From assembly GCA_044892525.1 (NCBI GenBank), contig CM097886.1, positions 182,206,312-182,270,311 of the forward strand: a stretch of 64,000 bases of DNA, written 5' to 3'. The position numbers and the translations under genes were made by a program. Below the pieces are notes generated by a model. That model was not told the DNA's origin. It saw nothing but the letters and a program-made list of their open reading frames with translations, and did not search any database. Below are positions 23,950-36,800 of this stretch, one piece after another. The DNA is from Schmidtea polychroa. Taxonomy: Eukaryota. Numbering within the stretch: position 1 is the first letter of the stretch; every line of letters begins with the position of its first letter.

Positions 23950-26765
23950 TATAGGTTACAATATTTTAGATATTAAGTTCTAATATTTATTTAACAAAGC
24001 GTTTCTTTAAATATACATTTTGTCAATTTTCAGTCATTGATAATCCCAGTTAGTCTAATTCAAATGAAATCAATTTACAATAATCAATTTTACAATAAAT
24101 AATTCTTCCTCTTAAATAGAAGGATCGTGCTGAATTTTACATTTAAAGTTGGAACTCATATAAAATATTGAAGTTAATTTTGTATTCTACGTACTCTCTA
24201 GTTGGCACCCTTTCAATGATGTGAATTATCTAATTTAATGAAACCTTAACTATCCTAGTCACTGTACTTTATGTGGATTAATAAACACTGTCTTGCTTAA
24301 ATTCTCAAGCTTTCTTAAAAAATAATATTTAAGCCAAGAATATTATAATTCCACCCCTCCCCCTGTTCCCCTAGGCCTTGGGATCACTCACATTCGACAA
24401 TCACAATATAAAAACCCCCGTGCTAAAAACATAAAATATTGTTAAGAAAACTACATAAAGTGAATATATCGATTTCCTTATCGATTCTTCAAGGTGCAAA
24501 TGGATTAATAAATTAATAATCAATAATAATCTCAAATCAATACTAATCGGCGATAAATCAACACCGGGTTCAAGATTGTTTTCATTGGCTCGTATCGAGC
24601 CTCGGATTAGTGCCGGTGCAACATCCTGGTAACCCAAGCTTAGAAAAACACAGCAATATAATCTATAATTGTGTGTCGATCGATAAAATAATCTATTTAT
24701 TATTCAATCAATCACTGAAAACAATCGACAACTTACCAAAAAAAATTCGATTGTATTTATTTAACCTTTTTTGAAGCTTGTTTTTTAAAAAAATAGTTTT
24801 TTAACAAATCACAAAAAATAAAATTCATTTAGATAATTTTGTTTTACTGAAAAATTTGTGAAAGAAAATTTTTTTTATAAAATTTTTAAGTGATATTTAT
24901 GAACTTGCGGTCAGTTGATTTTGCAACTATCATCACCCGTGAAAGGTGTTGCGTAATCGAATTTTTAAATTGCAGTCCAATCGGGGCAATAGTGCTGATT
25001 TGATTGCATTTTGAAACTGGGAATTTCCTTGAGTCCTTAAGGAGGTTTTAAGTTTTCTTTGATTTTAATTTAGTAAACATATTTAAATAAATTGGTGAGT
25101 AAATATGGAACTAACTGGGCACCCCCCACCCCCCAAGAAGCTTAATACAATGGTGGAATTATAAAACAAAATAATGTCCTCGGTGTTAATAAATCGTGTA
25201 TCCTTCCATCAATTATCGTTTACTTTGGTCTTTTCGTAATTATTTCACGTGTATTCGTAGAAAATTATTTTGGATTTTAAAATGTGGCAATGTAAAATTT
25301 TTAACAGTAGAATTAAAAAATAAAATTTGAGCCAGTCCTCAGGAGAAACCCAGTAGAAACTGAAATTCCTTATAATCCTTGTAAAATCAATAATTCATGC
25401 AGATTATGTAGAATATTACTATTGACGTGCGGTCGGCGCATATTTTTTAGGCTTTGTTTTAAGCTAGAGAGCAGTGACTCAATCGCCAGTTAATTCACTC
25501 AATTGGTTTCACTTCCTCATCAGTTTCATTGTCAAGTTTCCGTCAGCCGTGTTGTTGATATTTATTTAAAAAGTTTCTTTAAATAAATTAATAAAATAGT
25601 TTTTTATAATATAAAAATATAAAATTGTGTATGTAAGGAGAACATATCTTTTTAGCTGCCAAAAATGATTTCCTTTAAGAGTTCTACGAGTTACACTTTT
25701 TAAAGTGTCTACCTAAGATTCATTGGGAGCACTCGGTTTTAGTGGATGGCATTATTTAAATTTATCTTGTAATTTTTTACATTTCTTAAATACATAATTT
25801 TATAAATAGGTCACTTAGAAATGGCTCACTTACCATATTTCAACATAAAATGCATGGAGAAAGCCAATGGTGCATTAACCTATCCCCTCCAACAGGGATG
25901 CTCGAACTTATCTTTTATAAACTCATTAGTAAAATGAATATCGGAATTTAAATTTGACGTCATTTTTTGGGATTCTAGATTGCTGGTGTACCACATCGAA
26001 AAGCTATTTTGACAATAGTCAATCGAGAAAGGATATGCTTGATTGCTGATGACAACAACTGTATGCTTCACATATTTTTAGTATTTATTTTTGCACTGTC
26101 AGTATTAAATTCAAAAGAATACCGAATGTGGGATTATCACCCCCCTCCTGAAGAAAATTATCTATAATCAACAATATAGATAGGTATTCCGAATTCAACG
26201 AGTCAATGAAAATGCATTAAAAAATCATCAGCTAGTCATAACTCAAAGTTTTATAAAAATATTTTATTTAAAAATGATAAAATTTAAAAGCCACCTTTAA
26301 TTTTATTAGGGAGAAAATTCCTGACCCCAATAATATAATACTGGTTACACTTTCATTGCTCTATAAATGAAACTGGTGATTTCCCCCGGGGGCCGACGGG
26401 TTTGATGAGGGTTGAAAAAATAAAAAGATAAACTAAGACATGAATCATTACGTCTTTTTTGGACCGACTCACCGGTAATGTCTTTCAATTTCCGTGTTGT
26501 AACAGATTATCCAAAAACAATATTAATAATTGCTACGAAACAAACTCAAAAGAGGAACAACATAAATAATTCATATAAATTATATTATATACATTTCTAT
26601 TAATGACTCGGATCCGTGAATGGAGCAGTCTTGCAGTGATTTCCTATCGAATGGAATCCATGCCGAAATTCGGCTTGAAACTTGTTCACCGGCTACAATG
26701 GAAAAATCACATAACAAACTTGAAATCGACAACAAAATAAATCATACCTTCACAAAATGACAAAT

Positions 26766-27032
26766 CTATCCGATAATATTCCCATTGATAATTGACATTG
26801 GTTTTCTTGGACTTCTTAATTTGCATTTCATGACGCAATCTTTCTCTTTATTGTCTTTGACAATTATCTTGTTTTCCTTATCAAAATTCGGGTACGCAAC
26901 TCGCTTTGACCATTTCGGATATTTGTGCTGAAAATCATATTTTGACAAGTTGGTAATTTTGTCAATGTCTTCCGATAAATTCAAGTTTTCATTTTGTGAA
27001 ATTTGAAATAGATTTCTAGCTGGAACTTGCAT
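26766..27032 (-). CDS. Intronless 88-aa protein of unknown function, paralogue of 14150-14569; candidate Cip/Kip-like regulator
   Basis: True ATG; RNLF motif; DFQHKYPKWSKRVAYPNF block shared with the 14150 ORF; SPRK CDK-type site; RKPMSIIN tail; two CCAAT boxes upstream (27106-27110, 27123-27127). Confidence 0.72.
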   Translation of the reverse strand: MQVPARNLFQISQNENLNLSEDIDKITNLSKYDFQHKYPKWSKRVAYPNFDKENKIIVKDNKEKDCVMKCKLRSPRKPMSIINGNIIG

Positions 27033-28658
27033 GTTTTCAATGAATAATCATTTCAATGGAATTCCGCTATTTATTTAATGCGATTGTTTGTGTGTCTCGA
27101 ATTTGATTGGATAGTTGATAAACCAATCGGACAAATGAAATTCACTTACATATTATATGCATATTGAAGAGTAAATAAATGAAAATCAAGAAAATATGAA
27201 CGGAATAATTTTTTTGTCGAATCTATATAGATTTTATTATAATTTTAATAATATATTAAATCTCAATTTTTTATTGTTATAATTATAATTAATTAATAAT
27301 AATTTTCTATTACGTAAGGACAATTATAATATTGATAAGGAAATTTTAAAATCTGATAAGCACAATAATTACCTATAAACAGGAAGAAAAGTATTAACAT
27401 TTTATGAGTAATAAAATGCACAATTATTCATATAAATATATTTTTTTGTTTCTGAAATGTATTAAATAGAATGAATTGTTGTAATATTCATTTTCTAAAG
27501 GATTCATGACTAGAAATGTTTCAACCATTTGAGACTGTCCAGATTCATTCTTTTACTTTAATTGAGTTCGGAGTTAACAGAAGGTCGGTAAGAAGTGAGA
27601 ATAGTTATTAGTCTATAAAGGAGGGTAAAAGAAAAAAAGAAAAACGATAACCCAATCTTTATGAAATACTGGGTGAATATAAATATAATCATTGGGGCCT
27701 TGTTCAAAGGAAAAAATCCATACAAACTACAATTAATATTAAAAAAGATTTATTTTCAATAAAATTGGGCTTTATTTTTCAATGATAAATTCCTAATTGG
27801 TTTATGAAGAATAAAATTAAAAAACCGACCCGTGGAAAAATTGCAGTTCAAAGAAGTAACAACTCTATTAACTTCATATCTATAAAAAACATATCTATTC
27901 TGATGCTTAATTGTTATAAAAAAACAAACCACCAAACTACTGACAAATTAAAAGTAGAAATATTCCCATACATCTATGAGTAATTCGGAATTACACCGAA
28001 TATTTTTGTTGACCAAAAAACAAATAACTAACAAGTGAAACTTGTTTGCATACTACTGTTATTAGGATTTATTCAATTTAGTTTTTGTAAAATATTAATT
28101 AACATCCCAGATTACATAATCCGCCAATAGACCACGTCATTTCAAAAGTATGTTCAACAAATTATTTGCATGCAAAACTAGCCAAGTGTGCCATTAATTG
28201 TGCTTGCAATTTATACCGTATCCCAATGAATAACATCCTTTATTTGGAATGGGTTTTAGATACATTTTATAAAATAATAAGCCAGGATTAAACTGTGAAA
28301 GAATGGAAGGGAGTAACAATAAATTAATTCTAAGTAACAATACAACCGTATTATAACGTGTACTTATTCTAGTGAATTACAAACTGTCTTTACCTAATTG
28401 TTTTAAGCTTTTCACTCAGTAGCACAAATTTTCAAGACACTTCTAACTGTTTCGGTCAATGACACTAGTCGGAATTTTCTCAAAACATTTTTTTTATAAA
28501 TCAACTAAACAGAGCCGTCCTACCTTGGTATACCGATACAATCCTGGTGTTTGTTTCAGTGGCATAGCGAGCATAACTTGGTGTCTGAATATAATACTTT
28601 TTGTCGTTCTCCCGAAAAATACAAAGTTGCTTTTGTGGGGCCTCGAGAAAATATTATA

Positions 28659-28700
28659 TGCGGGGCCCCTTCCCAAAAAGGAAGAAATGATACATGAACA
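28659..28700. repeat. Fragment shared with MITE 23670-23949
   Basis: TGCGGGGCCCCTT(C/T)...AAAAAGGAAGAAATGATACATGAACA, near-identical to 23689-23730. Confidence 0.8.
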
Positions 28701-29554
28701 CAATTTTATCAATTTATATAATGAAATATTTATTTCTTCAATGTATTCAATAATACACATATATACATGGCCGTGCGAAGACGAAACTGCGCTCGGGCGA
28801 AAACAAAATACCCCCCCCCTCCCAAAAGTGGGAGTTAATTAAATAGCATATATTCAGAAAAGGTTTATTCAATCGTTATATATAATACATTTATCATCAT
28901 ATAAGATAATAACATAAAAAAAAGATTTTGGCATCCGGGTGAACGCCCCTCTTACCCCTCCCCTTTGCACAGCCCTACATACATAAAAATAATATTTTTT
29001 ATTCTTCATACAAACTTTTTTTACTGCAAATTCCTCGATAATATCATCAACATTTATCTGTTTTGTTACTGCAAATGTTATTTGTAAGATATTTTTACAG
29101 ACAAATCAAGAGAGGAAATAAATAATTATGTTACAATAATTATTAATTTAAAATAAATTTCCCAGAAATCGTCCAAAATATAGATTGAAATTTTTTAGAA
29201 AATCTTTTCTGTCATGGGGACGATGGGGATAAGGTAGATGATAAGACAGTTCAATAGTAGGAGGCCGTTTAGATAATTACTATTTCGGCTGGGTTCTTGG
29301 TTGGACCTGAAAAGTCCGTGTCAGGTTCAATACATCCTGCACAATCACTTCTCGATCGACATCTTAAGTTAATTCTCTTTTCCAAGCTTTGTTGCTTTTT
29401 GCCTGTTCCGGGGTTTAAGCTCTTTTAAGGAATAACTTAAGAAGATATTTAACTCTCAGTGTGAGTTTTGGGCGGCTTGCATACGAATTAATTTATTGAG
29501 TCTCGTTAGACTATTATATGTAATTTGCATATAATTTTTCTTAACTTTAATTAC

Positions 29555-29692
29555 ATTTATTAAAAAAGCTTGAAGACTGAATCAATAAATATATCGATGT
29601 TTTTGATATATTTACTGATACATAGTCAAGCTTTCTTAATAAATACAATGGAAAAGAAATAAGTGGTGAAATTTGAAAAAAAAGTTCTTATA
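29555..29692. repeat. Hairpin-plus-tail repeat, copy 2
   Basis: Arms ATTTATTAAAAAAGCTTGA / TCAAGCTTTCTTAATAAAT; same tail as copies 1 and 3. Confidence 0.85.
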
Positions 29693-31308
29693 ATATTTAA
29701 TTACATTATATTTACTTTATTATTACAATTTAAAACAGACATTAAAATTATTATTTTAAATATTCCCCATTTATTGAATTTAGCTTGTAACCAAATTTTG
29801 ATAAAACAATATATTTTTTTCAAATTTCTAAAAATAAACTTATACAAATAAATAAAAGATGAGGACTAGACGTTTTAATAGATGGAAGATATACACTAAG
29901 AGTCACAAAATACGAATATCAATATAGTGTTTAACGAATAAAATCAATATTGAAATGTTTTTTGTTAAACTGCACCCTTTAGATAGATTGTAGAATGTTT
30001 ATGAGACTGAACGGATTGATATTGAAATTATTTATTGTTCGCCGAATCAAATTGCTTGGATTGATGTTTTTTTTCGATCTTTTACTGTAGGTTCTTTCTG
30101 TATTTGCTTGGAACTGTTTTATAAAATTTGCTTACAGTGAATGTATCGATGGGCCAACCCTCATCGTCACCATGTAAGGCTATCTCGTTGATGTTTTCTT
30201 TTAGTAGTGTCAATTGTTTGCAATTCGATTATGGATTGCGCATATTTTCGAGAATTTTCTATTATAACCTGATTAAATTTGTTTTAATTGTATTTTTCAA
30301 ATATTTTTATTCATATTTCTTGTATTTTTAATCAAAATTTTATATCCATTTCCTATTTTTAATCATCGCCATAAATTTGAATTTGTTTTAATTGTATTAT
30401 TTATTTTTGTTTATTTATTTGTGTCTCTTTCTTGTAATATTTTTTTTGTTTATTATTGATTTTTTAAACTTCTACACTTTCGATTTTGGTGTTGTGTTGG
30501 CTCCTTTTATGTGGTTTAATTAATGCTTACTCGTGTTTTGATTTTAACTTTACTTAGGACTATGTCTGTGTGTCTTAAACAAAACTCGGATACTAAATTC
30601 CAGCAAAGAATTCTAAAAATCAAAAATTCATTTATTTTAAAAGAAAAATTTTATTCAAATATGAAAAATGTAAAAAAATATTAAAAATTTTGATTTTTTA
30701 AGATTATTCTAATTACATTTTAAAAAACATTTTCTTATAATCTGAAATAATTCTTATTTTAATAGAAAATCTCACCAAAATTCAGTTTGAATTAGTTTGC
30801 TTCCAGTGTGATAGGATATTATCAGCACATTCAAACAAAATAACGAAAATGCTTATTTTTATTCAACTTTATTTTAAAGTTTTTTCGAAAAAATTTATTT
30901 ATTAATATAATTTATTCACATTTGATCTGTTATTTTCGTTTTCATTTATCCTCATTTAAAATCTAAATTGATCAACTGACACAAATATTGCTAATGATAA
31001 TCTTCCATGAAAATTTATGTTTTATATTATTTAAAATTTATTTAAAAAAATTGTAAAAAATATAATTATTTATAAGTTTTAAACTCTATATCAAAAATAA
31101 TATTTGATTAAGAAACAAAAGTTGTTTTAATAATATTATTTAATTTTAATTAACAAATTATTTATTTCACATGCTTCCAAATTATTTAAATTTTATAAAA
31201 TCGATTTTAAATTTTAAATCATTAGATTCTTTCGAGTTATTTAATTTTATTTCATCATGGTATGCTTTTCTTATTTTCTTCGTATATATTTAATTGTATA
31301 CATTTTAG

Positions 31309-33633
31309 CGATTTAATTCCATTAGATGTCTACAATCAATGTATTGAATTGTTTTTACAAATTAATTTTACTGGTCCTAAAAATAACGAAATTGAATTGA
31401 TATTGGATAATAATAATGAAATAATTAAGTTAATTAATGATGATTTAACATGTGAAGGAGAAGTTCCTTTTATTAAAACGAAAGGAATTGTTCTTTTATG
31501 GATTGCAAAATCAGTTACATTGAAAATGCGAGAAATGAAGCAAGATATTTACAGAAGCTGTTTAGGATATATGAAATGCATATATTTACATCAAGCAACA
31601 TTAATGGATGAAAGATCAGCTTTATTAAAATCTCAAATGCAAGAGTGCTACAATCAAGCAATGGAATGTAAAGAACATGCTGTAGAAATAATTAATCCCG
31701 TTGATGAATTACAAATGTTATTGCTTGCAAGTCATTTTCATATAAAATTCTACGAATATCAGAAATCCGAAGAAATTTTTAATGATATCCAAAAGTTATT
31801 AGGAATATCAACTGAATTTCGAGGTGCATTAGGAAAACGATTAAAAACCCAATATTACACTCACAGTCAGTTGTATTTAGCTTTGTCCAGACAGCCTTCA
31901 GAAACCGCAGAGAAAATAAACGAGATTTTAGAAGGAGCTCGTGTAAAGAATTTACCAAACGATCAAATGGTTGAAGACGAAATTTTACTCGATGAAACGG
32001 AATTTCTTCAAATCGATGATAACGAAAAACCGTTGATTATTAAGCCGACTCTCGCAGAACAAGCAAGTCTCGTGTTGCAATCCTCAATTCATCGACTGAA
32101 GCACGCAAGAGACGACACAACAATGGAACAATGCTCAGAGATTCTTTCATGCGCTCTTGGAAATAATTCCACTAGATCGTCGACTTGGTCGTTGATAACT
32201 GATGCTCTCTTGCAACGCTGTGAACTACCAACGAAATCGTCGAGACGAACCGAGAAATCGTTGATGCAAATGGAAGAAATATCAACCCAATTCACTCATT
32301 CGATTCCCAGCGCTGAAATTCGAGTCAATTTGTTTTTCTTGTCGCGACTGCCATCGATTTGGGAGGTGCAATTGAAATACGGGAGAATTCTAATCGGGAT
32401 GGGAATGACTAGATCGGCTCTCGATGTTCTGTTGCCATGGCAACAGTGGCCAACGATTATCGAATGCCTGATTCAGATTGGTGAACGTGGACGAGCCGAA
32501 CGGATTATTCGTGAGCAAATCCAGGAAATCGGCGAAACCGCTCAACTTCTCTGTTGCCTTGGTGACGTTACAAAAGACCGATCGCATTACGAACGAGCCT
32601 GGACGGTTTCCAAGGAAAAATCAGCCCGAGCGATGCGCAGTCTCGCTGTCCACTACATGTTTGTCGATTCTGATCATTTCAATGCGGCTCAATGCTTTGA
32701 GAAATCTCTCTCAATCAGTCCGTTGCAAGTGGCAACCTGGTTCACTTACGGCTGTTGCTGTTTGCAATTGAAAGAATATCGCAAGGCCGTTTCGGCTTTC
32801 AAGCAATCCCTGAGACTGGAACCGGACGTGAGTTGATTCCCATGTTCCAGTTTGGTTGATATTGATTGTAATTTCAGAATTTCGAAGCCTGGAATAACTG
32901 TGCCAGCGCAATGGTTGAACTAGATGACAAGTAAAACTTTGCTTCATTTTTATTGGCTGATTTTTTCCCTATTTTATTCAATGCAATTTCATTTATTTAT
33001 TCTATATTTAGAGTAAGCGCGCTCGCCTTGCTAAAGGAAGCAGTCAAATACAACTATGAAAACTGGAAAGTTTGGGACAATATTTGCATCGTGTCGTCAC
33101 AAGTTGGAGAGTTTAATACAACAATTAAGGCATACAATAAAGTGATGGACCTGAAAGAAACTCACCGGGATCCAGCAACATTGGCCGTTCTAGTTAATGC
33201 AGTTGTTAGTGGGAAAAATGAGGAAATTCGGCCTAAACTGAAAACATTATTTGCTCGTATCTCAAGCAAGGACGGCAGGGATCCTCGAATTTGGATGGTT
33301 TATTCTGATTTATTGGCCAACGATGTCGACCAATCAAATGAAATTAAAATGAAAGTTTTACAGTGCTTATCACGTGCTCATCATGGCATGTGTGCTAGTG
33401 GATGGGAACTCGATAAAGCTCAATGCAAGCGTGCAATTCTGTCTGCATTAAGATTAGTCGACAAAGCTATCGAATATGATATCAATTTTACATCAGCCAA
33501 ATTAGCAGTCAAAACCGTTAAGGCAGTAATGGACAGTTTGAAAAGTTCACAGGTTCAACAGTTAGATATAGAAGTTCAGAATTTATTAACAAAAATTGAT
33601 GAAGCAAATGTACAATTAGCTGAAAAGATTTAA
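31309..33633 (+). CDS. TTC27: Tetratricopeptide repeat protein 27 (5' exon(s) not resolved)
   Basis: Exons 31309-32827, 32878-32930 and 33012-33633 in phase (introns 50 and 81 nt). Motifs match TTC27: LFLQINFTGP, FRGALGKRLKTQ, RSARAMRS, PLQVATWFTYGC, LEPDNFEAWNN, KYNYENWKVWDN. Confidence 0.95.
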
Positions 33634-33850
33634 TTAATAAATTCTTGTTAATATTTTAAAAATTTTCTTTGCAAGTTAATTTTATATTTATAATTAATTA
33701 GAAATTTTAATTTATATTCAAATTAATTATTATAGTAAAAAAAATTAATATAGTAAAATCGTTTGTTTAAATAATTATGTATTACTTTAAAATTGAAACG
33801 AGACCTTAAGCTGATTGAGATTATTATTGCATAATATTAAAATTCTGCTA

Positions 33851-36800
33851 ATGTCGGTGTTACATGATCCAAATTACAATATACTATTCACTTTAATTAA
33901 AAGTATTAAAAATGGTTTAATGTAAGTATGTTAATATTATTCGATTCTCCTATCATTCCTCGAATTACAATTTAGTTATGGTGTCAAAGTGCGGTTACCA
34001 CATTCTTTGGTTAACTGTTTAATTTTCAGCAAAGGCAAGTAAGTACAACTTTTTCACAAACCATCAATCTTAAATAATTCAGTCTAAAGACAAATTTATC
34101 TTTTATTCTAAATTCCACAATTTCCCATGCAACTGGATTGGCAACTTTTGCAGCTCTGTATAAAGTTCTGAAAATAATTTTGACTAAACTAAAATTCCCC
34201 AAACCGTTGCAATCACTACTGTCGGCTGGATTTGTTGGATTTATAGTTTTTGGTCAGGGTACAAAAGTAAACGAACAGGTGGAGGATTTTCATTTTTCCA
34301 ATTTATTTTCCAATAATTATTATTTCTATATATATATAAATTGGGGGAACAATGGAGCGCTAATAGGGGGCTGTTGTTATGGAAACTATAACCAGGGTAA
34401 GTTGATAAAATTGGACGGACAATTGTTGTCAGGTTTAATTTATATCTGGAAGGTATTTTGGATTACACAATATAGAATTTCCATTATAATCGATTTGGTT
34501 GCGATTTAAGGGGGGGGACAAAGACGTTCCATGGGAAAGGGTAATTTAGCTACCGCAACATGAGGGTTTCATTCTGTACTCTATTTGATTTCCCCGTCAT
34601 CCTCAACATGATACATAATGGGTGCCCCCCCCCCCACGAGGTGGAACATTAAAAGGAACCTCTATTCCCCCGGGAAAGACCATTTGATTAGAGTGACATT
34701 TGAATATGAAAACCAAATAAAACATTTGATAATATGATATTTTCCCGATCAATAATTATGGAAATAATAGAGGGTAACAAATGGAACGCAAAGTGGAACA
34801 CATTTATTGATTAATGTTAGTGCACTCATCAAATTGGAATGTGGGAAGAGATAAATATATGAAGCTTCGAGTGTATCTGATTGAGTCAGTAGGCTATGAA
34901 AAATTTGCCGCAAAATAAGCATCATAAATGGGACTAGAAAGGGAACGTCAGAACGTGCTCAAAGTCAACGTTAAATCGATTGAAAATTAAATCAATAGTC
35001 GAGTGATTGTGAATCTAATTTGTATTGAATCGTGCTTGTCAATCATCCATAGGAGAACATTGAAACCGCTCATTGACATATATCGAATCTCGAGTAGTAA
35101 TTGGCTTAAATAAATGCCGAGCCGAGCCAAGCGAATAAATAAACTATAAAAATGCACAAAAGATTACCAAAACATGAGATTACATCAACAATATAAAGAT
35201 AAAAAGCAAAATAAAAGATCACATAAAAACGTTCGTGATTGGATGCCCACTGCAAGTGACATAAAATATTTTAAACATTCATCACATATCATAATTTCCG
35301 ATGTCTTTCTGTCTGACTGGATAAAACGCTATTAAAAAATTAAATTAATAAATAATTTTTTATACTACTCTATAATTATAAGTAAATAAATATTAAAAAA
35401 ATTATTTTAGTTACAGACATCATATCAAGGGCAAGACAACATTTACTGAAATATTGTCATTAAATAATCATCATTTTCAGCCAGGATTTTAATATATTGA
35501 CGTGAAATTGTCTTTTTAATATTGAAGTTAATTGAAAAACCCGTCATTACGATACAAATAAACAAAACATAAATTTACAAATACAAAAAACTTGGGATGA
35601 GGTTCAGTTATCACATCAATAGCTATAAAATAGCAACGCCGAGGACGTCCGTTATAAACTTCATCAATATTACGTTTGATTGGTACACATTTATTAGAAC
35701 GACAAATAACGACAGGCCTTTGTCGATAGTTCAAAGTATGTTGCTCACCTAAGAATGGAAAAAAGAATTTGAAAGAAAACAACATACTATTTTCCAGATT
35801 GTAATGTAGGGCTATTTATAGAATGTTTCAAAACATTAGACAAAAAAACTTATTGAATAAACCCTTATTAATGTTCGTACTTTTTTAAATAAAATGCAAT
35901 ACTTCAATACTCTTCAATCTTGCATTTGGGAACCTCTGACATAATTTTGCACTTTGCACTTAAAAATCAATATATGCGCGATAACTCGTCGATCAAAATC
36001 AGTGATAATTCATAATACTCCCTCTGTCCAAGAATGATAGTCCAGTTGCATTTTAGCCTTTTCGCCAAAATGATAGTCAATAGAGAATATAAAAAATTGA
36101 ACGGTTTTGTAAAATCTTTTACAGTAAAAACACATTAAATAATTTTATTTTATTGATTGAACAAATAACAAAACTGCATTTTAAGTATCACTGTTACGTA
36201 TAAAAGAAATTGTCAAAAAAGTCAAACTGGACTATAATTTTTGGACAGATGGAGTACATTCTAACATAGCCGAATTTTTGAGAATTATCGATTGGTTTTG
36301 CCTTTTTTTAATTCCTGGGAGAACCAAGAAACTTTTCGGAGATTTTATTTCGGAATATTCGTAGTTGAATCAAGACGCAACTTTTTTGTGAAGAATGTCT
36401 CGACTAAATATGCCTGGTTACCAATGTTCCAAAGTATTTTAATCTATCTGGAATAACTCTGTTAATTAATTCCTTTTGAATGAACAAGGATGTGTCAGTC
36501 CGGTTTTCGTAACGAATTTTATCAGGAGAATCGCTAGAATTGAGAATTAGTATTCTAAGGAAAATTTCTTGTGTTGAATAGAAAGCGTTGATGATCAGAT
36601 CATCAACAGAGAGATGACAGCTAGTTAAACGAACGCTTCAGCTTCTTGAATATTTGGCAATTTTCTTAATTGGTTCTGTCGAAAATTAACGCTTGAAATG
36701 CCGAATGATCTATGAATTGTTATATATCGACTGTTTTTCTTTAATTTTTTTAGTTATAATTAGTTTAATTAATTTAATAGTTATTATTAAGTTTAATTAT

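Noticed and set aside
24401-24637. 78-aa minus-strand ORF
   Set aside because: Non-ATG start, no recognisable motif and no splice support.
30562-31260. Candidate TTC27 first exons (ATG at 30562)
   Set aside because: No phase-consistent path to the 31309 acceptor was found.
32089-32947. Antisense and alternate-frame ORFs over TTC27
   Set aside because: Shadow ORFs of a GC-richer coding exon.
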